NCBI RefSeq assembly: GCF_006345805.1
Contig: NC_043019.1
Location: forward strand, 13,949,360-14,013,359
Direction: 5' to 3'
DNA: 64,000 nt
Origin: Octopus sinensis
Taxonomy: Eukaryota
Shown: positions 39,912 through 52,177 of the stretch, piece after piece
How positions within the stretch are numbered: position 1 is the first letter of the stretch
Layout: each line of letters opens with the position of its first letter
Position numbers and translations under genes: made by a program
The notes under the pieces: model-generated
Database searches by the model: none
Told to the model about the DNA's origin: nothing
Seen by the model: the letters and a program-made list of their open reading frames with translations, nothing else

Positions 39912-42063
39912 GTAGGGGACATACTTGTGTGGGGGGGATACTTATATGTGCCCACCCCCGCCGACTTTGTTTCCTCGTAACTTCCAGAAAAATGGGTATT
40001 TTAAAATGAAATTTTCTATGAATACTTCAGATGGTTTAGATTCCGATTATATAGGAATTTGATGTGAAGAGGAAAATATTGAGCATGCACAAATACATAA
40101 CAATACACATCACAATTTTTTTTCCCGAAATTTCAAGTTTCATTTTGTAGAAAAATGTGACGTGTGTTAGTAATGTGTGTGTACGAGCCCACAAAAAGTT
40201 TGTTTTTTCATATTAAGTTCCAATATAATCATTATCTATACACTCTGAAATATATTTATAGAAAAATTTCATTGAAAATTACCCATTTGTTTCAAAGTTA
40301 TGAGCGATGAAAGTCGTCTCATGTAAATTTTCCGAAACTCCTCATCCCGCCTTCGGAAAAAAAATATTTTTTCGCCACATATTCCGTTATATAATCAAAG
40401 TCGGCGAATCTATACTATCTGAAGAAAATTTGTAGATAATTTCATTAAAAAATATCCATTTTTCTGGAAATTATGAAGCAACAAAGTTGGTGAGGCACCC
40501 ATGTGGAAGTATGCCTTTATAAGTATGTCCTATTAAAAACAAACGTAATAAATATTATTATACAATGGTCGGTGAGAAAAGCGTTGATTTGATTTCTGGC
40601 GTCGTTTTTTCCAGCAGCGTTTTGTTGGTGGAAGACCTTCTTTTATTGTAATGGACATTATCACTTATTTGAGTGTAATATAAAAATAAAAGAAAATAAA
40701 AAACCAGCAACGTTGTACCCACGACAAGATTTCGTGACAGATACATTCAGTTTATTATGAATGGAGCCGATAACTAGGAAACAAAGAAATGGTTAATTGA
40801 TTGATTATCTTTAAAGCAATAGGTATTTTCATTTCTCTTTCCTTCTCTGTCTTTCTTCTGTGTATTTTTACCAGCTCAATGTTTTTAAAGATCAGAATTC
40901 CAAAAGATTCAATTATAGAATTCTCCACGCCATATTGGCAACCGCGTTTTTAAGTATTTAAAACCAAATTGACCATTCTTCTTGCTTAATTTAGCCGTTA
41001 GGATAAGAAACGAAAACGAGAAACAGATTGGAAGCAAATTATTTTAGAATAAAATGTCTTATTAATGTATTATTTCTTGGGTGTCTGTGTCTTCGCTCCT
41101 AAACTCACATTGGTCTTTTAATATGGTTCTACGTCTGTATTTAAGTCTCTTCCGTTGTTATTTGGTTCTAGGCTCATCGCCAGACTTTGGTGCCTGGGGG
41201 TGCTTCAGAACATTCCGGGTGGACAATAATTTGTAATAATGCTAAAGTGGAGTTACTAATGTGAAGTAAATCTGAGGGTACCCCATTGAATTAGTGAGGG
41301 GGGCAGTGCCACCCAGTGCACCACCTTAGCGACGGGTATGGCTAATTCCCAGGGAGCTGGGCTTTCGCTCATTGTTATTTATTATTATTATTATTATTTA
41401 TTTTGTAATTATATTCACAATTTTAGCTTCGTTAATTAGTTTTTAAGGGGAACATACACAACAGTTAATGGCGGAAGTTTATCAAGAGTGAAAGATGAAG
41501 TCGACACCCACAACGAAACAGTAAGGTATCGAACAAATCGGTGTTACGTTAAGGGTATATGATTTAATAATCAATCATTAAAGCCAATGTTCTTATCTGA
41601 CGGAAAAAAAAAGGAAATTTAAAATGAAATAAAAACAAAATCGTTGGCGACTCTCACACAATCTTGTACATGGCTTCACACACCTTTGTACATGTTCGTC
41701 TCATGTACTCCTAACTTCGTCAGTGACCACCAGATCCCCAACTGAAGACCTCTGTAGAAGTGTTTTTCCAGGTCAACAAATGCCAGGAACAACGGCCTAC
41801 TCAAAACGTCTGCAATTGTTTCCCTGGGAAGACGACATCTGTACTACTCCTTCCTGGTACAAAGCGAAACTGCATCTTATCTAGGCTAACACTCCTTAAT
41901 TTATTGAGCAATAACCCATTCCATGATTTAGTCTAGCAATTTGATACCCCTGTAATTACTTCTCTCTAAGGTATGTTTTACCCTTATAGCAGTTATTTGT
42001 AATGTTGTTATACCTGTCATAAGGTATGATACATTCTTGGATAACTAATGCACATCCTACTCC

Positions 42064-42311
42064 TTGAAAGGTAAGAGAGTCCAGTTTGCTGGACATTGTT
42101 GTAGAGCTGAAAAAGAGGTAATTTCTACTCTTCTCCTCTGGAAGCCATCTACTCGCAACACCAGAGGGCGCACACTCTCCTACCCTGATGTAATCTCCAG
42201 GGATACAGGCATCCAGCAACAGGACCTCCGTAATGCTATGATGGACCGTGAAGTCTGGCGTAGCATGGTAAATTCCATTGTCTCAACCACGGTCGAACAA
42301 TGATGATGATG
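42064..42311 (+). mobile_element. 5'-truncated RTE-type LINE 3' end
   Basis: RVQFAGHCCR...LLLWKPS...RG...MMDREVWRSMV followed by a (TGA)n tail. Confidence 0.8.
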
Positions 42312-42543
42312 GTGACTCTTTCAGATATTTTGAACATAGGCCAGGGAGCTTTTTCTGCCCTTATATCTTTAATTGCTTTATCAATCCTACTCTTGTCTAC
42401 TAAAATAGCCTCTATTAGGTTCACACTGGAAAGTTCCTCTTTCTTCCATGCATTCTATATATTTAATACCCTTTCGTAGTAGCACTTCTATGACTCTCTG
42501 TGTAAACTGCCAACAATGTCACAATTGTCACTGGTGCACTACC

Positions 42544-42760
42544 TATTTATTTACTACCCACAAGGGGCTAAACACAGAGGGGACAAACAGATTAAGTCGA
42601 TTATATCGACCCCAGTGCAAAACTGGTACTTAATTTATCGACCTCAAAAGGATGAAAGGCAAAGTCAACCTCGGCGGAATTTGGACTCAGAACATAACAG
42701 CAGACGAAATACAGCTACGCATTTCGCCCAGCATGCTATCGTTTCTGCCAGCTCACCGAC
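42544..42760 (-). mobile_element. SINE family B monomer (others at 55424-55650, 56960-57160, 37811-37925)
   Basis: TSD TCACTGGTGC(A/T)CTAC at 42528-42542 and 42761-42775. Confidence 0.85.
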
Positions 42761-43859
42761 TCACTGGTGCTCTACTTTGCAATCAGAAATACTTCTCTCC
42801 TCTGATCCCCATGTTGTAAATCATTGGCCAACCCCTAATGTTCTGCTTCTCTCCTTGCTAAATACTCCTGTTACTTAGGTTCTCTTTTAGCTACCTGGCA
42901 TAATTATTTGCTGCCCCCTTTCATCCAAGCGTATCTCTTTGCTTTTATTGCTATGACTACCTCACAGTTCTACCACTGCTTCCCCTTCAGTCTAGCTGGA
43001 AAAGCTTGCACCAGCCACAGATTATGTCTATAGCCCTCAGCAGGTTGTCTTATACAAACTTCCAGTTGTCCTCAATGCTCTCAATTTATCAACAAGCCAT
43101 TAGCATTACAAAACTCCAGAAGCCTTATTCTCCTCCTCTTTGCCTGAGCCAAAACCAAATCAATATTGATTTCCTTTTCTGGGACCTCCCAGTTATAAAT
43201 CTGAACTCACTAACCATTCCTGTTTAAACTGGCCATATCCAGCCCAAATATTCCACCTGTTTTGTGTTCTGTATGGTGAGATTTGGCCTCTCACACCTAC
43301 CCTGCAATGTCATTCTAAAAATAAACATTCACATCATCAAAATCTTGAAACTGTGAGATAATGCCTGATTAATTCAAAATAATGTGAATAAATGATATAG
43401 GCACAGGAGTGGCTGTGTGGTAAGTAGCTTGCTTACAAACCACATGGTTCCGGGTTCAGTCCCACTGCGTGGCACCTTGGGCAAGTGTCTTCTACTATAG
43501 TCTCAGGCCAACCAAAGCCTTGTGAGTGGATTTGGTAGACAGAAACTGAAAGAAGCCTGTTGTATATATGTATAATATATATGTATGTGTGTGTGTATAT
43601 GTTTGTGTGTCTGTGTTTGTCCCCCCAACATTGCTTGACAACTGATGCTGGTGTGTTTACATCCCCGTAACTTAGCGGTTCAGCAAAAGAGACCGATAGA
43701 ATAATTACTAGGCTTACAAAGAATAAGTCCTGGGGTTGATTTGCTCAATTAAAGGTGGTGCTCCAGCATGGCCACAGTCAAATGACTGAAACAAGTAAAA
43801 ATAAAAAAATAAATAAATAAGCATCACATGTGACAAAGGAATCTGAAAGCTAAAGAGTC

Positions 43860-44400
43860 AACTGCTTCAACTAGTATTTCAGTAAATTTCTATCTTCTGA
43901 ATCTTTAAGATTTAATATCTTCCCTTTGAAGATTGATTTCCTTTTCTGGGACCTCCTTGTTAGAAATCTGAACTCACTAACCATTAAACAATGTTGGGAC
44001 ATGCATTCTTCACCAGAGAAAGACTTCACATTCACAGTTATTTGTTTGTATTGTGTCTTGAAGTGAATGAAGTTTATCTGGCTTGCGTGTTCACCAGATT
44101 GATAGGTGATTGGGTAGCTGGCTGGCTTCTTGCAGTTAGGGTTGAAAATCAACAAGCCATTTGCATTACAAAACTCCAGAAGCCTTATTCTCCATCCTCT
44201 TTGCCTGAGCCAAAACCAAAGCATGGACACATTGGAATCCACCAGAGTATTTTCAACATGTTTGTTGAAGTAACCTGCCACGATGATGGGGTCATTGTCA
44301 TTTGTTATCAAGGTAGTCTGCATGAGGGCCTCATAAAATTGGTGCTTCAGTTTGTCTGCCAGTCCAGACAGGAGCATAAGCAGAGAGAATTATCACAGTT
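43860..44400 (-). pseudogene. LINE APE-endonuclease fragment (RTE-like); partial duplicate at 43085-43225
   Basis: IIVAG(D>Y)FN.HV, RLLEFCNANGLLIFN, ITYQSG..SQI(D>N)FI, QH.LMVSEF motifs. Confidence 0.75.
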
Positions 44401-44704
44401 AACCAAGATTACCTCGATCAAAATTTATACCTTTGTTCCATGCCATGTCACTGGTGCCAAGCTGTATTGGCCCCCTTTGCCTTTCCTTTCGATAACACTG
44501 GTGGCGTGGAGAGGGGAGGCTGGTAAGCATGGGCGACTGATGGCCTTCCACAAACAACCTTGCTTGGGCTTGTGCCTAAGAGGATAACCTTCTTGGTGCA
44601 ATCCCATTGTCATTCATAATTAAAGGGGCTCTACACTTACTTGTTGTTCCTACACCTGTTATCTTTGTTTCTCTATCAATTTGAAGTATATATATACATA
44701 CATA

Positions 44705-45025
44705 TAGGAGCACTCCATCGGTTACGACGACGAGGGTCCCAGCTGATACAATCAACGGAACACCTTGCTCGTGAAATTAACATGCAAGTGACTGAGCAAT
44801 CTACAGACATGTGTACCTCTAATGTAGTTCTCGGGGAGATTCAGCATGACACGGAGTGTGACAAGGCCGGCCCTTTGAAATACAGGTACAACTCATTTTT
44901 GCCAGCTGAGTGGACTGGAGCAACATGAAATAAAGTGCCTTGCTCAAGGACACAACGCGCTGCCGGGAATTGAGCTCACAACCTTACAATCGTGAGCAGA
45001 ATGCCCTAACCACTAAGCCACGCTT
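44705..45025 (-). mobile_element. tRNA-derived SINE family D (second copy 17770-18100); shares head/body with family C, different 3' half
   Basis: Two ~320-bp homologous copies; tRNA-like head on the minus strand. Confidence 0.75.
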
Positions 45026-45399
45026 ATGGGCTTCTCTCAATTTCCATCTACCAAATCCACTCACAAGGCTTTGATTGGTTCAGGGCTATAAGTAGAAGAC
45101 AATTGGCAAAGGTACCATGCAGTTGGGCTGAAGTATGGAATATAGTCCCTGCCTTTAATTCCAGTATGGAGTGATATTGTCTGTCCATGGAGACATTGAT
45201 TGTTTAAGCAAATGCTATTAACAGAGGGAAAAGAAAAGCTGGTTGGGGGCCCATAAATGAGTAAAAAAGCCAAAACAGTTACACTGAGACAGCGTAGGAA
45301 AATAAACCTTTTTTAAGTTCAATATTGATGATTAGTAGAGTTAACAGTGAATATGATGTTGTTGTTGCTATTGCAGGTTATATTTTGAATGGTGCTTGA

Positions 45400-45448
45400 A
45401 TGGCAGCCCTTTTCAAATTATACCTATTTATCTGGACCATGCTGTCAT
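45400..45448 (+). CDS. Coding exon 1 of a secreted multi-TSP1-repeat protein: signal-peptide-like MAALFKLYLFIWTMLS (exon 45377-45448)
   Basis: ttgcag acceptor at 45376; ATG at 45400 directly preceded by in-frame TGA; hydrophobic 16-aa stretch; T|gtaagt donor in phase 1, matching the phase-1 acceptor of the next exon (joins as ...MLS-Y-NWVDRNLY). Not in the ORF track. Confidence 0.75.
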
Positions 45449-45713
45449 GTAAGTAATAATTTTCTACTTTGCCCTACACTTTATCTATCTGTTCCATAGT
45501 TTATGTTACATAACCTTTGTGTTTTTACTCCCAAATGTATCTATACTCAAGGAATAAATAATGGCTAAAACTACATTTATAAGAACGAAAGAGATCTTTA
45601 CCGCAAAGGAGATAAGATTATACCTAAAATTGAGGCTGGTAGACTGTTATGTTTTGCCTGTTGTCTTCTACGGGGCAAAAACTTGGACAATGTACAGAGC
45701 AATGAAGAAGATA

Positions 45714-45978
45714 GTGGAGGCGCATGGCCTAGTGGTTAGGGTGTCAGAATCATGATCATAAGATTGTGGTTTCGATCCCTGGACCGGGCGACGCGTTGTG
45801 TTCTTGAGCAAAACACTTCATTTCACGTTGCTCCAGTCCACTCAGCTGGCAAAAATGAGTAACGCTGCGATGGACTGGCGTCTTGTCCAACTGGGGAATA
45901 CATATGCCATAGAAACCGGGAAACTGGGCCCATGAGCCTGGCTAGGCTTTAAAAAAGGGCGCATTTATTTTTTATTTT
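45714..45978 (+). mobile_element. tRNA-derived SINE family C (second copy 1463-1710) inserted into a LINE RT fragment
   Basis: A-box TGGCCTAGTGG, B-box-like GGTTTCGATCC, V-domain-like CTGCGATGGACTGGCGTC; 13-bp TSD AATGAAGAAGATA at 45701-45713 and 45979-45991. Confidence 0.8.
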
Positions 45979-46049
45979 AATGAAGAAGATAAAGGCCTTT
46001 CGGATGGGGATCTTTTGCAGGTTGAGAGGGCTAAGCTGGAAAGACAGGG

Positions 46050-46320
46050 TAGCAAACATTGCTGTTCTAGAAAAGCTGAATGTGTCTTATCAAGTACAGC
46101 AAATAGCCACATCTCCTGGTCCCTTGTCGCTTCCTCAGTGAGGCTCAGCCCCCGAAGATCCTTTCTCACCACTTCAACCAGCATCTTAGGTTTACTCCTG
46201 CCACAGGTACCCTCCACAATTAGGGATCGGCACTTCATTATGCAGCTGTCCTCATCCATGCACATCACGTGGCCAAACCAGCTCAGTCTTCTCTCTTGCA
46301 CACAGCATCTGATGCCTCAA
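46050..46320 (-). pseudogene. RTE LINE C-terminal fragment (other LINE pieces at 45550-45713, 52230-52340, 63090-63690)
   Basis: RRLSWFGHVMCM...VEGTCGR.KPK...VVRKDL motif. Confidence 0.75.
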
Positions 46321-46604
46321 ATCCACACATACACATATACAAACATACATCATAACTTTTTAACTTCCACTTTTCTATCCTTGCATGGTTTGGGCAGAGT
46401 TTTTTTTTTTAGGGAGATTTTCCACAGCCTTAGGCACTTCCTGTCACCAACCCACCATTCCAAGCCCCTGTCACCAACATCCTTGGAAATTAGTGACACC
46501 GCTTGTATGACAGCGACACTCATTCACAACTATCACATGGTATCAAGACAAGGAGGCATAAGCATACACTCACACACATGTACATATATGCATACACACA
46601 TGTG

Positions 46605-46638
<34 letters not shown>

Positions 46639-46907
46639 GCTGTGTGGTAAGAAGCTTGTTTCCAAAATACATGGTTCCAGGTTCAGTCCCTTTGTGTGGG
46701 ACCTTGGGCAAGTGTCTTCTACTATACCCATGAGCTGATCAAGCTGAAAGAAGCCCATCATATATATATATATATATATATACCGGAGTAAGCACATAAA
46801 TGTGAAACAAGGTGGAAAAAAGAGTACTCAAATACCAGAGGTAGAGCAATATGCTTTATTTAAAAGCAGCTGTCATCGGACAGTTATGTTAAAATATTTT
46901 AACAAAA

Positions 46908-46945
46908 CTGTCCGACGAACGGGAACGTGAAACTCTGAGTAACAG
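46908..46945 (+). ncRNA. Minimal type I hammerhead motif (U4>C core) in intron 1 of the TSP1 gene, within fold-back element ~46783-46983
   Basis: CTGT-CCGACGA-ACG-ggaa-CGT-GAAAC-tctga-GTA-ACAG; an inverted partial copy (CCGATGA) lies at 46873-46895. Confidence 0.6.
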
Positions 46946-47110
46946 CTTTTATTATATTTCTGCTGCTTTTAAATAAAGTATGTATGTATGTATGTACGTA
47001 CATACGTATGTATGTACTAGGGTACTACATAAGCATCTACTTCATTAAAAGTAGAAGTCAAAATACTTCTAAGCCACATATATATATGTATGTATGTATG
47101 TGTATATATA

Positions 47111-47547
47111 CAGGTCATCATTGACTTAAGACCACAATTGGTTCCGACTGACTGGTCGTAAGTCAATTTGGTTGTAAGTCAGCCTATAGGCCTACATAGC
47201 TTTCTTTTATATGTTGACATTCTTAAGGGAAATTCTCAGGTAAAAGTCACACACAGCATTCTGTATTATATTATTATACTGGCGCTAGTCAAAAATTTCA
47301 GAATCTCAAGCAGTCGTCTTATAAACAAATACAAGGTTGCCTTGATGTCTCTGCGACAGGATAGCCATCCAACACAGTGGCGACCAATAACCAAACCTAG
47401 GAGAAGCGTTTGTTAGCTGACATCATCTGTAGATGGGTTAATTTCTAAGATATTAAACTCATTAGATTCAACTGGACTATTATCACTGCCAGGAGGTGGT
47501 GTGCCAATCGTTGTAAAGTTGGTCAGTCATAAGTCGATGATGACCTG
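47111..47547. mobile_element. pogo/Tigger-like MITE
   Basis: TIRs CAGGTCATCATTGACTTAAGAC / GTCATAAGTCGATGATGACCTG; TA target duplication. Confidence 0.75.
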
Positions 47548-47770
47548 TATACGACCTGTATAAGCAAGCCTGTCTGCTTCCAGTTTTCTGCAAGAAACAT
47601 ATCAAATTAAGGGAAGATATTACCTTTCTTTTCCACTTCTTTGGTTCTTCTTTTTAAATTCTTCTTCTTCTCCTCCTCCTCCTCTTTCTTCTTCTTCTTC
47701 TTCTCCTTCTCCTTCTCCTCCTTCTCCTCCTCCTCCTCCTCTCACCTTCCTTCTTTATTTTACAATGCCT

Positions 47771-47814
<44 letters not shown>

Positions 47815-47934
47815 TAGATATATATGTATGCATATACACACATGCATGTATATACATACATATATATGTATGCATGCACACACACACACATATACATATA
47901 TATACATACTTATATATACACACATGCATGCATG

Positions 47935-48012
<78 letters not shown>

Positions 48013-48041
48013 TACATACATACATACATACATACATACAT

Positions 48042-48081
<40 letters not shown>

Positions 48082-48175
48082 ACATACATACATACATACA
48101 TACATGTTCTTGGGGATCAGGGGGAGAGAGTTAGTAAAAGATAACCCTTCTGGCTTTTTTTATTTGTATTTTCAG

Positions 48176-49846
48176 ATAACTGGGTGGATAGAAATCTTTA
48201 CTCTGTGGCCTACAGCAAGAATGCTGAAAGCATCGATTCTGATGAATTGGAGGACTATGTTTATAGTCGATGGTATAGGAAAGTTCCAAAGCCAATTCTG
48301 AAAAAGGCCTCCGGCATTTTTATTAAAAGAGATCAGACAGCATGGAAGAACATGCCCAACAGAAAACATACGCCTTGGGTATTGCTAAAAAGCGACATGG
48401 TTAGACACAATGGTGATGACGATGATGATAGTTATATGCGAGATGGTTCAAGCGACAATGATGAGGATGATGTGTCAGGGGAAGAGGAGGAGGAAGAAGA
48501 AGATTCGATGTATGATCGCAGCGGCAATAGAAAAGATGTTAACAGCCATCATAATGATGATGATATACAAAGCTATTATCTTCTGCGTGAAAAGATCTAT
48601 AAAGACATTGATAACCTAGCTCACAAATGTTCGTTGCCGTTGAAAACGAGGTGTCTTTCGACCGTGTTTTACCATGTTTTCAAAAACCTCATGAAGAACA
48701 AGAATATGGAAAATATATTTAAAAGTAAGGAACAGAATGTGCTTATGCATCAAAGTTTGTCTCCTTCTAAATCCTTGCACCAACTTCTAGAAGATGTTTT
48801 TTTAAAGAAATTCGGTTTTCTTCCCCATTCATCAGGAGTTCAAAATCAAAACTTTTCCGACGAAGACAGAAATAAACTCTTGCTAAAGATTATTTCTGTA
48901 ATCCATGAAGATCATCACACTGACACCTCTAAAAACCTCTCGACCAATCCGAATGCTGCTGACCTTCATAAGCAAACTGAGGACAAAAGCACAAATGGAG
49001 GGTCTAAACAATCACTCATCCCATCCTCCTCTGAAGCTTCAATGGAAGAACCTCAAATTTTAATTCACAAACCAATGCAGAGCAAATGGAAAAGGGTCAA
49101 ACCTGTTTCACGTTCTGAATGGAAACGTCCTGAGATTAAAATTTCATTTGATGGGAATGAACTGAATATGAATAAAGATACATATTTGGGCCTTGAATAT
49201 TTCTACAAACTTATTGGTATACTGAATGATCTCAAAATCAATTTTACATATTCTCCTCAAAGAAAAGCTATATTTGTAAATCCTCAAAGCTTACTTGCAG
49301 CCGAAATGCAGAGGAATTTTTTGAATATTCAGAATTTAGGTTGGCAAAAAAGAAAACCGTTTAAAGTTCAAATTGATTTCCATAAAGACACCGCCAACAA
49401 CTCACAAATAATTTTAAAGACGGGTAAAAATTCCAAAAATGACAGCGATAGTTCTGAAATAAAAATTGAATTTCTTCAGCCTGTGAAGAATGTAAGTGTG
49501 AAACCAACAGCAGTTAATGTCCAAAGCAAAACTTCGTTCACTCCACAGCCCGATACTATGACAACAACACAACCACCACCACACACAGAACAACCACCAC
49601 CACCACACACAGAACAACCACCACCACACACAGAAGAACCACCCCCACCAACAGAAGAACCACCCCCACCATCACCACCACTACCACAAACAACAACAAA
49701 CCATTCATCAATGGACGTGAACATTAATATCAATGTGAACGACAATTATATAAACAAGTCCCTGAAAGTAAGCAAAAAGAAAGTGATCAACATAACTCAT
49801 ATACACACTGATCCAAAGAAGGCTCATGGAGCTAAACATCCCACAG
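48176..49846 (+). CDS. Coding exon 2 (1671 nt): acidic D/E tract, unassigned ~330-aa region, Pro/Thr-rich HTEQPPP repeats
   Basis: tttttcag acceptor at 48175; coincides with the 601-aa ORF 48184..49989, the only long non-repetitive ORF in the window; ACA G|gtacgt donor in phase 1. Confidence 0.9.
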
Positions 49847-50384
49847 GTACGTATGATATCTTCTTAGTATTACTACTACTAACAGTCATTCCTAACATGG
49901 CCACAAGGCCTGAAACAAAGCCTGTGCGATTATGGGAGGGTATTTGTCAGATTGTCCTCCAGTACTTGACTGGTACTTTATCTCATTAAGCCTGGAGGGG
50001 GTACAAAGCAAAATTAACCTTGGCAGGACTTGGAAGATTCCAAAGAAAAATTGCAAACCATTTTCCTGGCGCTTTAATGCTATTTTTCAGTAGCATTAAT
50101 ATTGTTATTCTTTGCCTTGTGAGTTACTTGGTGACCCCCTCTAGTGCTGGTGTCATGTAAAAAGTATCCTGTTCACACTGTAAAGTGGTTGGTATTTGGA
50201 AGGGCACCCAACTGTAAAAAATCATGCCAAAACATACCTTACTTGTCCTGGTCCCACATAAAAGACACTGTCCTCCATGTAAGGTGGATGGGCCTAGGAA
50301 GGGCACCCAGCTGTAACAACCATACCAAAACATGTCTGGCAGTCATGACTGTGTTCTCCTGTTTGTGGGGCATTGTACAGAGTC

Positions 50385-50848
50385 CTCTTACCAGACATAG
50401 GGTCTTCCACCAGCCACCCTGTTGACCCAGGGCAGCACTACCTCCCCCAGGCACTTTATGTAGACCTCCTTGTTGAGTCTGAGGCCGTGTGGGAAGATGA
50501 ATGGAAGCATAATGTTGCCATCACTTGTGATCACTTGAAACACCATGATGTTGACTGGATGTTTGATTTTTATCACTCTCGGTACACATCCTCAGATTGC
50601 ACTGTCCTCAGATTGACACCCAGACACCCTGAAATGTTCGTATTGGAGCTTCTGGCACAAATGCCATGCAGTACAGCATGTCGTTTCCAAATTTATGGCA
50701 GGGTGAATTGCGTCATGGTGCTGTTTTTCTCACTGACAGTATCCAACTGGCCCTACAATACTGTGTAGTTGACAAAATCAAAAACAAACAATACACAAGC
50801 ACGAAATTAAAAATATAAAACAGCGACAACTTATCCATTGCACCCTGT
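50385..50848 (-). mobile_element. Tc1/mariner transposon relic (transposase catalytic-region fragment plus 5' TIR)
   Basis: KHPVNIMVFQVITSDGNIMLPFIF...YIKCLGEVVLPW...GRPYVW(*)EDS; TA|CAGGGTGCAAT terminus at 50848. Confidence 0.75.
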
Positions 50849-51173
50849 ATATCACTACACACACCAAGGCTTCTTTCAGTTTCCATCTACCAAATCTACT
50901 CAGAAGGTTTTGGTTCGCTTGAGGCTAATCTTGAAGATACATTGCCAAGGTGAGTGAGACTGAACCCGGAACCATGTGGTTCGGAAGCAAGCTTCTTACC
51001 ATCCAGCCATGCCTACACCTAAATGATCAAGTATTTAAAACAAACAAAAAAAAAATATTGGTCAATAACAAAAAAAAAAAAAAGGAATTCTGCAATCTTT
51101 GCCATTGTTCCTTCCACGCTGCCACTTTCATTTATTAGCATCTCTCCCTACAACTCCGTCACTTTAGCAACAA

Positions 51174-51216
<43 letters not shown>

Positions 51217-51232
51217 ACACCAACACCACCAG

Positions 51233-51277
<45 letters not shown>

Positions 51278-51535
51278 CACCACCACCACCACCGCCACCA
51301 CCGCCACCACCACCACTACTACTACCACTACAAGAGTTGATTATGTAGGTACCTGAACATGCAACTACCACCACCATCACCCTAACCATTACTCGCAATA
51401 TGCAGTCCTCTTCACTTATCCCCTTTTCCAATCAATCCTCTTCTTTGCAGTTGTCCCCTACATTTACTTCATACCCACTCAGCCAACCAGATGTGCTTTT
51501 TTCCTTCCTCTCTTCATTTCATTTTCTTCTTTCAG

Positions 51536-51709
51536 TACCATCAGTGACCCACCTCGGTGAATGGACTGTCTGGTACAAGTGGTCTCCATGTTCAACATCC
51601 TGTGGAATCGGTCACAGGAAGAGGCATCGGATGTGCCTACCACCAGGTTTCTATTGCCCCGGCAACCATTCAGAGAAGGCATCCTGCTTTAAGAGACACT
51701 GTGACTTAG
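51536..51709 (+). CDS. Exon 3: thrombospondin type-1 repeat 1 (WTVWYKWSPCSTSCGIGHRKRHRMC...C...C...C)
   Basis: Polypyrimidine tract plus cag acceptor, G|gtaaag donor, 174 nt, phase 1-1; WxxWxxW, CSxSCG, RxRxRxC and six Cys. Confidence 0.93.
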
Positions 51710-51824
51710 GTAAAGTAATTCTCTGTGGATGGTCATTTCAAGATTTGCAGTACTAGAATTGTCAATAGATGTTACATTCTTTATTTACATTATTTACAAT
51801 TGACGGATATTTGTCCTCATCTTG

Positions 51825-51870
<46 letters not shown>

Positions 51871-52136
51871 GTGTTGTGTGTGTGTGTGTGTGTGTATGTG
51901 TGTGTTTGTATATATATATGGCATTGCAAAATGAAGGAGGAAGGGAGAAGAAGAAGAGAAGAAGAAGAAGAAGAAGAAAAAGAAAGAAGAATGAAGAAGA
52001 ATTGAAGAAGAAGAAGAAGAAGAAGAAGAAGAAGAAGAAGAGAAGAAGAAGAAGAAGAAGAAGAATAATAATAAGATAATAATAATAATAATAATAATAT
52101 AATAATAATATAATAATAATTTAAAAAGAACCAAAG

Positions 52137-52177
52137 AACGTTTCGGCTGATATACCCTCCAGCCTTCATCAGGTATC
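52137..52177 (-). ncRNA. Hammerhead motif with canonical core but missing 3' strand of stem I
   Basis: Minus strand: gatac-CTGATGA-a-GGCTG-gagggtatat-CAGCC-GAAAC-GTT. Confidence 0.55.

Noticed and set aside
40679-40686. TATA box for the TSP1 gene
   Set aside because: About 68 nt from the Inr-like motif (wrong spacing) in very AT-rich DNA.
49847-49989. Hydrophobic C-terminal tail of the 601-aa ORF (IFLVLLLLTVIP) as a transmembrane anchor
   Set aside because: Lies past the phase-1 donor at 49846 and runs into SINE-derived sequence; most likely intron read-through.
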